From: Eledone cirrhosa
Taxonomy: Eukaryota
Assembly: GCA_964016885.1 (NCBI GenBank)
Contig: OZ024742.1
Location: 322,462,001 to 322,526,000, forward strand
Direction: 5' to 3'
Length of the DNA stretch: 64,000 bases
Part shown: piece by piece, positions 40,269 through 55,650 of the stretch
Layout: every line of letters begins with the position of its first letter
Position numbering within the stretch: position 1 is the first letter of the stretch
Program-made: the position numbers and the translations under genes
Notes under the pieces: generated by a model
Databases searched by the model: none
Told to the model about the DNA's origin: nothing
Seen by the model: the letters and a program-made list of their open reading frames with translations, nothing else

Positions 40269-40577
40269 TTATTTTAATAGGAGATAAATGTAGGGGAGTT
40301 GGGTGTGAGGAATGTTTTTCACTACACATTTCATGGTGGAAGGAAACACTATACATACACACACACTATATACACACACACACATGCATATGCCCTCACT
40401 ACATACACATGCTCACGCCACATGCACTCACTACACACACTATACACATATGCATACATGCAAGTGTGCGCACTATACAGACAACCATCAGAAATCTTTC
40501 TTCTGTATGATGGATGTTTACAGGTTTAATGGAATTATTCTGTGAACTGTACAGGGAATTGTCATTAAAGGTGCCAA

Positions 40578-41252
40578 ACCATCACCACCACCACCGTCAC
40601 TACCACCACCACCACCACCGTCACTACCACCACCACCACCACCGTCACTACCACCACCACCACCACCGTCACTACCACCACCACCACCACCGTCACTACC
40701 ACCACCACCACCACCACCACCGTCACTACCACCACCACCACCACCACCACCGTCACTACCACCACCACCACCGTCACTACCACCACCACCACCGTCACTA
40801 CCACCACCACCACCATCACTACCACCACCACCGTCACTACCACCACCGTCACTACCACCACCACCACCGTCACTACCACCACCACCACCACCGTCACTAC
40901 CACCACCACCACCACCGTCACTACCACCACCACCACCGTCACTACCACCACCACCACCACCACCGTCACTACCACCACCACCACCACCACCGTCACTACC
41001 ACCACCACCACCACCACCGTCACTCCCACCACCACCGTCACTACCACCACCACCGTCACTACCACCACCACCACCACCGTCACTACCACCACCACCACCG
41101 TCACTACCACCACCACCACCGTCACTACCACCACCACCACCACCACCGTCACTACCACCACCACCACCACCACCACCACCACCACCGTCACTACCACCAC
41201 CACCACCGTCACTACAACCACCACCGTCACTACCACCACCGACACTACCATC
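40578..41252. repeat. (CAC)n-CGTCACTAC compound repeat
   Basis: Seen directly. Confidence 0.95.
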
Positions 41253-42534
41253 ATCATTAGCATTGCCATAATTAATGTTAGCCCCCCACCCCTGTACACT
41301 TATGAGTGAGGTAGTGAGAGAAAGATGAAATAACTGGAGGCGGTGATTGGATGACATAATATCAGGGGAGATAACTACTGTTGTCATATTTTCCTCCTAA
41401 TGACACATGGTTGTTTAGACACTTTGACATAAAGAAATCATTATCTTAGCTCCAGTACCGAGTGAGAAAATGCCACTGAAGATGAATAAAGATCCTGAAA
41501 TACTAGTGTTTGGTGTACTCACACGGTTACTGAGGTAGTTTCAAAATAATCAGTTTAAAATACCTGTTTATTTTTTTATATACGTCCCTAACCATGCTCT
41601 GTTAGTGTATACTGTTAATATTCATATTGGTATATTGGTATCGCTTTGTATTTCATATAGATAGTGGTGGTAGTGATGGTGGTGTATATATATATGGGGG
41701 GGGGGGGGGTGATGTATGTGTGTAGGGGATGGAGAAGTGGTGGCAGTGATGGAGATACTTTCGTTTCAAAATGAGAATATCAGTTAAGTTAAATTTAAAA
41801 CAGATCTACTTTTGTGGGAAAGGAATAACCCTTGACTCTTGACGGAGTAGTGGCACCGTCCTGACATATGGTGTCTTAGGCATTTTAAACCTGGTGGAGC
41901 CTATTCCTCTCCAGTTCTGAAAACAGCCAATTTTTTTTCAGAGAAGGTTGGGGAATAGCTTTCAGTACTGGACAGGTAATATATCAACCTCGAAAGAATG
42001 AAAGGCAAAGTTGACCATGGCGGTATTTGAAATCAGTGCAGTAAGCCAGAATAAATACAGAAGCATTTAATCCAAACTACTCTGACTCAGTAGAACATGT
42101 AACAATTATATATACTCTTTTCTTCTTTTATTAGCTTTAGTCATTTGATTGCAGCCATGCTGAGGTACTGCCTTTACAATGTATTATGTATATATATATG
42201 TATGTATGTGTGTGTGTGTGTGTAATGAGCATCCAGAGCATTAAATAATTGAACAACATAAAACATCTATCTAGCTGTTGTTGGTTGTTGTCAACATGTT
42301 CATGTCAGTTTTCAACAATCCTTACTATCAACATAAACTATAAACAGCTGCTACTAACCATTCACTCCACTTATATAGCTATGGGATCAATTGTGACAAT
42401 GTAAATAAATAATAGTTTAACACTTTGAGACACATTGGTAGGCTTAGTATTCAAACGTAAAAAAAGGGAAATATATTCTCTATCAACAAAATCAAAATCT
42501 CAATTATAGGAGTTAGACAAAGAAAAGTATATAT

Positions 42535-42648
42535 AGGTGCAGATATGGCTGTTTGGTTAAGGAGCCACTTCACAATCATGTGGTTTAGGGTGCAGTCATG
42601 TTTCATGGCACTGTGGACATGTCATATATAACTTCAAGTCGACCGGTG
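42535..42648 (+). mobile_element. 5' half of a family C SINE split by the Transib-like element (3' half at 44791-44840)
   Basis: Joining ...TCGAC-CRGTG-TCTTTTAAGGGGAATTTGGTAGAC restores colinearity with 35105-35138. Confidence 0.7.
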
Positions 42649-42686
42649 CACATTGCACCTAGAGTGGGAAAATATTATTTTTTAAG

Positions 42687-42870
42687 GGCAGTGGATTGGC
42701 AGTATCGGTAGAGGGTCGGACGCCATGCTTTCCAGCATAGTTACGCCCCTTTACAATCTGAGTTCAAATCCCGCCGAGGTTGACTTTGCCTTTCATCCTT
42801 ACGGGGTCGATAAAATAAAGTAGCAGTAATGCACTGGGTAATTGCTGGACTTGTGCCTAAAATAGAAACA
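42687..42870 (+). mobile_element. Young family A SINE inserted 38 bp inside the transposon end, 13-bp TSD
   Basis: TSD ATTATTTTTTAAG at 42674-42686 and 42871-42883. Confidence 0.88.
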
Positions 42871-43679
42871 ATTATTTTTTAAGTTTTTCCTGTTATTTTT
42901 TATTGTAAATTTTCTGTTGAATAAGACTCTTTAGGAGAATAATAATAAAAAAAAAAAAACAGCTAAAAAGATCGAATCTAAAGAATTTTATGATAATTTA
43001 AAGTTAGTAATTATGCAGTTCTTTTGCACAAAAAATAGTTAACAAAAATCCACAAAATATCTTGAAAAATCATCCATATAAAATATCAAAGCCAATAAAC
43101 CAGAGATTGAACTGGCACTTTTCTGAAAGATAATTTATTGAATTTTAGACATTTGTATCCTGCTAAGTGTAGTTTTTAAAGTAGTTTAACAAAAATCAAA
43201 CAACATTTAGAAATGTAAAAGTTTGTTGTAATGAAATTATTCCATTTTTGCTCTAAGAAAGTTTTCATGGTACTCAATACAATTATACTCAACTGGGCTG
43301 AAATGTTTAATAGAGATATTTAGAGACATTTCATTATCCCAGTGTCTAATTCAGGGTAGTCAGGTGCTTTTGGCACTGTTATGTCTAAAATAGTCTCCAT
43401 ATGATAGGGACTTGATGTTGAGCAATAATTGACATTTAGAAATAATATAGAAGCTTTGCAGTAACCAATACATATGTATGAGAACAGAAAAGATTATACA
43501 TTTTGAAACTGAAAGCATGTATCAGTACAGACTTTTAATCTAATACAGATATAACATTTTCTAGTGCTCCACAAGTTAAATACTCAATATACTCATACTC
43601 AATGTCTATGTAAAATACATGGGGGCAATTTTGCTTTCCTCTAGTGTTGAAATTGAAACATTTTTATGTTTAAGTAACT

Positions 43680-44395
43680 GAGCTGTGTCTATTTCTCCAC
43701 AAATGGAGCAACTAGGGTGAGGTCTATTTTTATGCAATTTCTGGATGAGACATTATAAGCATCCTTTTGAAGATGTCATTAATGTTGTCTTTTAACTGAA
43801 AACTGACGAGATCTTGCAGTTGTTCCGCTCTGGAATGATCTGTTTGTTTCAACTTTCAAATGGATTTTCATTCCATTTCGCAATTGACTGCCCACCATTC
43901 CATTAAAAAAACTTTCCCAGCTGTGAGCACATATTCGAAGGAATGGTGGAATTATAACCACCCATTAGAAGCCTCTTTCATCCAGAAATTAGTTTTTTCT
44001 GTGTAACATTAAATCTATCCCAAATGCCTTCAGTCTGTCAAACCTTACCTTCTTCTCATTCACTGATTGTGACATTGAGGATAACATTGTTCAGAGACAA
44101 TCTCATAATTGTCCTTGTCTTCTTTGTTCAAAATGGGGGAACATATGTTTTGGTAGTTTTTTGGACTGAAAAATTGGTCAGCTAATGGTCCCGTATTAGT
44201 GTTCCCACTTATTCCACTGGGTGAGTCCATTTGAATTCCGGTGATTGACCAGATATGGTCAATCCACTGTTTGGCCTGCTGAACAAACATTTTCAGCTTC
44301 ACTCTGTTTTTTGACTGGCAACCAAATGATACAAAATCTTTTGTGCATAGTATAATGATCAGTTTAAAGTGAAGGACTGAGAAACAATGCAAATT
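43680..44395 (-). pseudogene. Transib/RAG1-like transposase C-terminal half (frameshifts, stops)
   Basis: Ordered motifs: CFSVLHFKL; TGIQMDSPSGISGNTNTGPLADQFFSP; WVVIIPPFLRICAHSW; SIAKWNENPFES*NK; ARSRQFS; DIFKRMLIMSHP; CSICGEI. Confidence 0.72.
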
Positions 44396-46589
44396 TGCTT
44401 TTATGTTTTTGTGGCACTGACCCTGCCTTCACAAAAGTTTTTGTCTTAAAGTTTATCACTGGAAACAAAATTGATGTTATACTGCTGTAGAAAGACACTC
44501 CTTCTCTAAGTATGCCAAATTCATCCCTATGAAGTAATTGATAAAATTTACAAATATAATACATTTATTTTTCTGCCAACCACAAATCACAACAATTAAA
44601 CAATTTTTGCAGCAAATGCCAGAAAAAGAAATCAAGTTATATCTTCAAAATTAAATGCGTTCTTTGAATAGTTTTAACTCCATTAGTTGTAGCTTGCCAA
44701 AACACTTCCAACGAGCTATAAATGACTTCTGTTCAATTTATTGTGGAGATATGAATCTATTCCTAAATTTAGCATTCTGGGCAGAATATGCAGTGTCTTT
44801 TAAGGGGAATTTGGTAGACAGAATCTGCAGAAGCTTAGCATATATATATATATATATATATTGTCTATTGGAAAAAGTCCCTTTTATCCTTGTTTGCAAG
44901 GTTCGATGGGTCATCACCGGCTATGCCGATATTTAATCGGTGCTATTGACCTCTCAGATGGGCCAAGAGCTGCGTCTTGTTTACATACATTCCTGAACTC
45001 TGCAGAGTGCACTGGGTGCATTTTATTTTAGTACCAGCACTAAGGATGTTGTCTTGTCTTTGACACACCTGAAGAGTTCTCTTGATTCTTTGGCAAATTT
45101 TCTATGGCTGGATGCCCTTCTTATAACCAAATATTTTACAGAGTGTACTGTGTGCATTTATCATGTAGTTTGCCAACAGTAGAGAGGATGCCGTGCCCTT
45201 GACACAATTCAACCTTTACTTTGGCATGGTTTCTACAGCTTGATGTCCTTTCTTTTCCCAACCACCTTACATATCTTGGCTGTGTGCAGAGGCACAAGGA
45301 GCCTACTTCAAAGGGTTAACATGTGAACCCCATCAGGTACATAATTTTTTTTCCCCAGCTTAAAGTCAAATAATTTTTCAACAGACTTCATTTATATATG
45401 TATGTATTCATGTGAGTGTTTACATTTGTGTCCATGGTTATGTCCTGTTCATTAGTGGTTTGACAAAAAAGAGATCCATAAAATAAGATCTAAACTTGAA
45501 AAAAAGTTCTGGAGTCGATTATGATTAACTAAATCAAGGCAGTACATGTGCATGGCCGCAGTTTAATGACTGAAACCAATAAAAGAATTGTATGTTGTTT
45601 GCATGAGAGAAGATTGTGCTGGTATAGACATGAAATGAGTATGAATGATGATTGCTGAGTGAAGAAGTGCCAAAAGTTGCAAGTAGAAAGAAGCTTTGGA
45701 AGGGGAAAATCAAATAAGTATGACATAAGCAGAAACTACAGCTTACAGGGAGCTGACAAAGGAAAGAGAAAAGTAGAGAGATGTTGTACTAGTGAGGACT
45801 TGTTTAACCTCTGCAAACATAATAGAAATCAGATGTGTCCAAAAGAGAAGATTGTACTGTTACAGACATGTATAACCTGTGATTGATAATCACTGGGTGA
45901 AAAAGTAGCAGGAGTTCCAAATGGGATGAAGCTTTTGAAAAGGAAGACCAAGAAAGACTTTTGTGTAGGTGGTGTAAGTTGACTTCAAGAAATTAGTTCT
46001 CAAAGGAAATGACAAAAAGAAGCATATGGAGAGGACTCGGCTAACCCATGCAAGTATGGAAAAATGGACATAAAAACTGGTGATGGTGATTTCAGTGATA
46101 TGGGGCAGGGATAGAGAGAGCATGTAGTCTTTCACAACTATAAGAATCTTATGTGTCAGACAGATTTGACAGATAAAATAATTGTTTCTGTTGAGGTTCT
46201 TTACTCCTTGTTAAATGCTTCGATTTTGGACTTATCAAAGGATCTTTAGTTGGTGGTGTCTGTTTATTGTCTCAGTCAATATCTGTCTGTATGTGTGTGT
46301 AAGAGGCATATTTGAATGTGATGTATTTGAGCCTACATATGTACCTGTGTGTATGCGTGTGTCTATTAGTGTCAGCTGGTACAAGCAGCAGCTGTCTTCT
46401 GTCCCCACCCCAATCCACTTTCTATCTTTCATCACTTATCTTGATTTTGTGTAGAGAAACACCAGATGAATGATCTCATTCTCTTTCTCTCTCTTTTATA
46501 TACCATTCAATAGAAAAACTTGTTAAATGATTGTGTGTGTGTACATCTATCTATCTGCTTGTCCATCTTTCCATTCATTCATCCGTCTT

Positions 46590-46720
46590 TCCGTCCGTCC
46601 GTCCGTCCGTCCGTCCGTCCGTCCGTCCGTCCGTCCGTCCGTCCGTCCGTCCGTCCGTCCGTCCATCCATCCATCCATCCATCCATCCATCCATCCATCC
46701 ATCCATCCATCCATCCATCT
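46590..46720. repeat. (CCGT)n-(CCAT)n compound tetranucleotide microsatellite
   Basis: Seen directly. Confidence 0.95.
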
Positions 46721-46809
46721 GTCTGAATATATATATTTGTCTCCCTGTCTATATAAATGTGTGTGTGTGTATATATCTATATATATATTTATGTGTATAT
46801 ATATATATA

Positions 46810-47398
46810 TATCATCATCATCATCGTTTAACGTCCATGTTCCACGCTTGCATGGGTTTGGACGGGAGTTTTCCCACTTGAGGCAAGAGTGGTTGTCTTG
46901 CTCGCATAGGACTGTCTGGCGGGTTTTCTACAGCTGGATGCAACTTCCTAACACCAACCACATTTACAGTGTGGGACTGGGAGGTTTTTACCGTGTTGCC
47001 TACACGGCCACATTACAGCGTGGACTGTGTGTTTTTTTTGTCGTGACACCTACACGATCTCATTTGTTTCAGCCTGGATGTTGTGGCACCAACGTAACTT
47101 TACATTGAAAGGGGTGGTGTGACGGGGGCGTATTTTGTTAGAGATGCCTACTGACTGTAGTAGGTTTACTTTGAATTTAGGCAAGGCGGGTCTTTATTAC
47201 TGAGTACCGCCAAAGATCTCGGTCCAGTGACATTGTCTTGGAGAGGTGTAAGTGTGTGAGGTCGGAATTTATCAGGTTGTCCCAGGTTTTTCTGGGTCTG
47301 CCTACTCCGTGGCTACCGTCTATCTTTATTGCCCTGCATTTTTTTTATACAGCTGTCGTCTTTCATGCGCATCACGTGACCATACCAACGTAGCCTTC
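46810..47398 (-). mobile_element. RTE LINE 3' fragment (same family as 18418-19885)
   Basis: Colinear with 18418-19147 but lacks the 112-bp UTR duplication. (CAT)n tail in TA; 5' side ends in (TATC)n. Confidence 0.9.
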
Positions 47399-47450
47399 TA
47401 TCTATCTATCTATCTATCTATCTCTATCTATCTATCTATCTATCTATCTA

Positions 47451-47494
47451 TTATTTGTCCCCTTCTTTTGTGCCCCTGTGGCTAATAAAGAAAT
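47451..47494 (+). mobile_element. Extreme 3'-end fragment of a Tx1/L1 element in (TATC)n
   Basis: TTGTCCCCTTCTTTTGTGCCCCTGTGGCTAATAAAGAAA resembles TTGTCCCACTTTTGATGCCCTGGTGGCAAATAAAAGAAA at 52448-52486. Confidence 0.75.
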
Positions 47495-47495
47495 A

Positions 47496-47532
<37 letters not shown>

Positions 47533-47533
47533 C

Positions 47534-50500
47534 TGGGATAGACACATGTGCTGAGCTCGCTCGGTAAGTTTCGTTTAAATTTATCTGGAAATTGTGAACT
47601 GTAAACTTTCATTTTTGTACCATTTTGTAGAGAGACTGCCAGGTCAAACTTTGATCTGGTCAGTCTCTCAAAATATTCTACGCCTTTAGGCGAAATAGTG
47701 TTTTAAAAATTTAATCTTTAGAAAAATTTCGAAAAATCCTATTTTAATAAAAATGGCTGAAGCATCTTCACCAAAATTCGAAGGAGGAAAGGGGAAGATA
47801 AGCTTACAGCTTCCCCCTGCCACTGTCACAGTAGCAGAGGTCAAAAAGAAAGGTTAGCCAGAGGAAGGATTTTCTCCACCTGTTGACCGACAACTTGACG
47901 TTGCCATGGCAACAACCCAAAGAACCAGCGGCAACAGCAACAACAACAATGCGACGGACGAAAACAACACCAATAACAATAACAACAACAAGACCAATAA
48001 CTGTGATAACAACAACACCACCAACTACAACAGCAACACAAACAAAAAAAATTTCTCCTTCGCTGAGACGGCAAGGAAAACCCTCGACTATCTGCCAGGA
48101 GATATAACCAAAGTGAAGGAGCTACTGACAGATGCCAAAAAATATATAGTGTATGGGGAAAATGGTTCATTCACGATCCATTCCCCCCCGGAACTAAAAA
48201 GCCAGAGACTCCTAAACACTGCCATGTTTAGGACAATCTGGAATAAAAGCAAAAAACCAGCTCAACCATCACAGAGTGAGATAGAGCTGGTTTTAAAAGA
48301 CGTCATGAAGGACATCACCTTCATTTAGAAGGATAGACTCTACGGGAGTCTATCCATTCTCATGAAGAACAGGGACACAGCAGTGAAACTGTCCATCAAA
48401 CCAGTCACATACACCTTCTACCCTACGTACATGGGTAGAAGAACAGAAAACATAAAAATCCACACCATCCTGCCGATTATGGACATATGGTGGGTTTTGA
48501 CAGGTTTCCTGGACCTGGATGATGACACGCTGGTGTCCATGGGAAAGGCATTGGGTGACGCGTTCAGTGGAACGAGCCTCGAACTTGTAGTTCAAATGAG
48601 GCCTGAAAGGATCGCCCAGATCCCTGAACGCGTCATACTGGATGATCAAACTTTCATCAACATTACCGTTGAGGGTAGGCGGCCCTCGTGTTACCTCTGC
48701 GGAACCAGAGGTCACCTGAGGGCTGTCTGTCCCCAACTTAATAAGAAAACCCCAATCCTGCCTACACCACCAACAACTGCACAACCAACACAATCACCAC
48801 AACTACCACTACAAAAACAACCACCACAGCTCAAACCAAAACAAAACAATGTCCAACCCATCCCCCTCCACTCAAAAAACAAAAACAATTTCCAAAACAC
48901 CCGCACCGCAAACACAACCCGAAAATATACCCCTCCCCTCCAACGCGGAAGATGACCCTAGTTCGTCGTCAGACGAGGAGGAGCACTTCCACACAATCAA
49001 AAGAAAAAAAAAACGCACCTCAGACACACAAATGAAAAAAACCCCTCCCCAAAACATAACACTGACACCAACACAAAAGAGCTCACAACAGCAAACAAAA
49101 AACACCACACAAAAACAAAAACATGCATACACATACATAAACACAAGAAACAAAAAACTGTTAAACATTGTGTACAACAACAATCTAATAAAAACACAAG
49201 GGCCTAACTTCACCCAGGCAGGGGATTTGCCCCACTTAAAAATGATTAAGGCCCCACAGGACACCTATAAAACTTTAAAAAACAACTTTAAAGAGGACGT
49301 GGGACCCCCTGCGTCGGGCCCATTAACCGCGTCCTCCTAAAAGACTACCCCACCCCCTCCCCAAACACCCACACAACTCCAAACTCCCCAACCACACAAC
49401 ACACTGATGCCCCTACACCTCCACAAACCACCACCCCACCCAACAACCCATCCCTCACCCTAATGGAAATTGTGCAGCCCGATACCTGGGACGCAGAGAG
49501 GTAAGTGTCTTTTCTCTTCACCACCAACATGGCCATGCTAAGAGTAGGCTGTTTAAATGCGCGTGGCCTGGGCTCAACTTGGAAGCAAGCAATGCTTCTA
49601 AATGACCTCAGGTCACAACGTATAGATGTGATGGTTATTTGCGAGGCCCGGATCAGCAACGTGCAACAGCTGGCCCCCACCTTTGATGACTTTGAGATGC
49701 ACGCATCTCTCTGTCAGGGGGTGGGGTTGTCATTCTGCTGCAAAAACATCTGGGTCTCGCAACACAGATGGTACATTTGGACCCGGAGGGTCGACTAGTG
49801 GTTCTGGACCTTGGCAGTGGTAAAGGCGGAGCGTTTAGGTTGGTAGCCGCCTACGGCCCTTTCGGGTCAATGCGGCCGGACTTCTTCCATCGTCTGGAGG
49901 CTTTTCTAGGGACGTCCCGCTCCTTGCTATTAGTGGGGGACTGGAATGGTATCCTAGATGCACGCTGGGACTACGTAGGGGCCTGTCCCGATAGAGAGGG
50001 GTGTAATAGCCTCAAAGGGTTAATCGGTCGATTTGACCTGGCCGATAGATATCGACTAGATTTTCCGACTGCGCCAACCTGGACTTGGGCAAATCGTAGC
50101 GGATCATCTAGGTCGTACCTAGATAGGTTCTTAGTTAGAATTAAGGATAAGGACTTTTTAAGTTGTCCAAAAATGCGCATGGTTGGCTATTCAGACCACA
50201 AGTTAGTGACCTGCATGGTCAACCTTGACAGAACTCATAGACAGGGACCTGGTTACTGGAAGCTCAACTTGTCCTTACCGGCAAGTTAGGCTTACAGGGA
50301 CCGGATTAGCACTTTAGTTAAGGAGCAGTTGACGGGCGCCATCGTCAACAGCAGGTGGTGGGGATCTCTCAAAAGAGAGATTAGAGTAGTCTCTATAGAA
50401 TTTAGTAAGGAGTTAGCCTCAAATAGAAATAGGAAGGAAAGGGAGTTGGTAGATAGTGTAGAAGAGGCAATTAGAAGCGGCGACGTGGCCAGAGTGCTAG

Positions 50501-52489
50501 CGTCGAGAACGGCCCTGGGCCAGTTCTTCGACACGAAGGCTGCATCGTCCGAAGCAAAATACGTGCTGTGGGAAACGAGGGGACCAAAGCTGTTAGCTGG
50601 GCCCGCGTGACAGAAGCCAAAAGAGGGAGCAGATCCACTATCCGGTCTTTGCGAGACCAGGATGGACGGGTGATCCTTGAACCTAAGCAGATGTGCGAGG
50701 CTTTTCAAAAGCAGTTTGCCGGATTGTTCGGAAGGGGCGGGGAGCCGGTTGGGGATGTGGACTTCGGTCCATACCTCGACGGCCTGCCGCGTCTCTCGGA
50801 CAGGGAGGCGAAGTCCTGTGAGGAGCCGATTTCAGCCGCTGAGATAGAGGACGTGCTGAGCCAATGCGGCAAACGCAAATCCTCGGGTCTCGATGGTCTT
50901 CCATACGAACTATATCTAGCTATGCCGGACTTCTTCCTCGATCTCCTCGAGGCGGTCTACTGCAACTGGCAACAGAACGGGAGAATTCCCTGTGCTGTGA
51001 CCAAGGGCGTAGTCACGCTAGTGAGGAAGGACGAGAACAAGGGGGACGATATAAATAATTTCAGGCCCATAACTCTGCTAAATACAGAGTTACAGATTTT
51101 GGCCAAGGTGCTAGCAAAGAGGTTGGTGCTTGTCGTGGGTAACCTGGTGGGAGATGCGCAGACATGTGCTATCCCGTCCAGGTCCATCCACGACAACCTC
51201 CACCTCATGCGATACATCATAGAGAGGGTTGGGAACGAACCCGTCTTTGGTGGGGCCCTGATCAACTTGGATCAATCTAAGGCATTCGATAGGGTCGACC
51301 ATGGTTACCTGGATGCGGTGCTAGCGGCGGCAGGCTTTGGACCCGTTTTCAGGGGCTGGATCAATGCCATGCACAGCAGCCGCATCTGCTCTAGGGTCAA
51401 GGTGAACGGCTACCTCTCGGAGCCATTCGAAATCGCGCGGTCCATCCGACAGGGGTGTCCTATCTCCCTTCTGTATATAGTGACTCTAGAGCCACTGCTG
51501 CGGAAGTTGGAGTTGTTGCAGGGCATCCCAACCGGGATTGCGGAAAGCGGTGTCAGCCTACGCCGATGACGTAACAGTAATGGTGTCGACGGCCTCGGAA
51601 ATCGGGGCGATCGGCACCTTACTGGAGGAGTACGAAAGGTTTACAGGGGCTAAGCTGAACCGGGACAAGTCGATCGGTCTGCAACTCGGCACGTGGAGGG
51701 GCAGATCGATGCCCTCCGATGGCGTCGTCGGGCGCTGGACGGAGGGCCCGGTGAAGTTGCTCGGGGTCTGGTTCGGACCAGACCTCCAGGTGGAGAAGAA
51801 CTGGGGTGAGGTAACGAACAGGGTGTTTGCACTGACCCAGAAGTGGGCCGAGTGCAAACTGTCCCTAAAAGGTCGTGCGGAGGTGGCGAACACTTTCCCA
51901 GACTCATCTCACTCACCGAGCTGCAATCCTGGGTCAAGCAAATACCGAGAAAACTGGGCGCCTGGCACATCGAGTGTGCCCAGGCGCTCACGGCTCTCTG
52001 GCAGGCGGACCCGGCTGTCAGTGGAGAATCCACCTCATCTGAAAGGACTGAGGTCAGACACCTTTCTCTCTGGCCAACAACTGGTCCGTTTCTTCCGATA
52101 TCATTTCGGAAGAAGGATCAGGATGGAGAGAGAGGTGCTGCACTCCAGCCGTTTTTATGAAAGATGGGTGAAAGTGGCAAGAATGGCCCGTGTGAATGGG
52201 CCTTCACTCTACATCAGACTATAGGTGAGGAAGATGAAAGACCAAGGGAGCACCCCTTCTCTGTGCTCCTGAGGAAAAGGGTTGCACACTTTTTTTCGGG
52301 GGTGTGTGCGACTCCCCAAGGCGCCTCCTCTCTATTCAGGACTTTGTTATAAATTTTATTTTTTGTTATATTTTATTTTATTTTTATATATTGTTATTGC
52401 CTCCTCCTTATTGAGGACGCCTTGTTTTATAAACTACCCCATTGTACTTGTCCCACTTTTGATGCCCTGGTGGCAAATAAAAGAAACAT

Positions 52490-52490
<1 letters not shown>
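47534..52490 (+). mobile_element. Near full-length, frameshifted Tx1/L1-clade non-LTR retrotransposon
   Basis: ORF1 from ~47753 with CCHC knuckle CYLCGTRGHLRAVC. ORF2 from ~49528 with APE endonuclease (LNARGL, VGDWN, SYLDRF, SDH, GPGYWKLN) and RT (FRPITLLN, LDQSKAFDRVDH, RQGCP, YADD). AATAAA at the 3' end, then TA/TATC. Confidence 0.93.

Positions 52491-55649
<3,159 letters not shown>

Positions 55650-55650
<1 letters not shown>

Larger units (their letters stand above)
42649..44790 (-). mobile_element. Decayed, internally deleted Transib/RAG1-like DNA transposon
   Basis: Termini CACATTGCACCTAGAGTGGGAAAAT and rc CATATTCTGCCCAGAATGCTAAATT (16/25 identical). 5-bp TSD CGGTG/CAGTG. Transposase relic on the minus strand. 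Confidence 0.75.

Noticed and set aside
38824-41387. GCGAGSDGVV and GGSD repeat ORFs
   Set aside because: Minisatellites open in multiple frames; no splice or other coding evidence.
41450-41534. Possible 85-nt host exon (TTAG|...GAG|GTAGTT; frame PVPSEKMPLKMNKDPEILVFGVLTRLL)
   Set aside because: Weak splice sites and no recognisable homology or partner exons. The opposite strand (NYLSNR...SISG...SGI) could equally be an RT relic.
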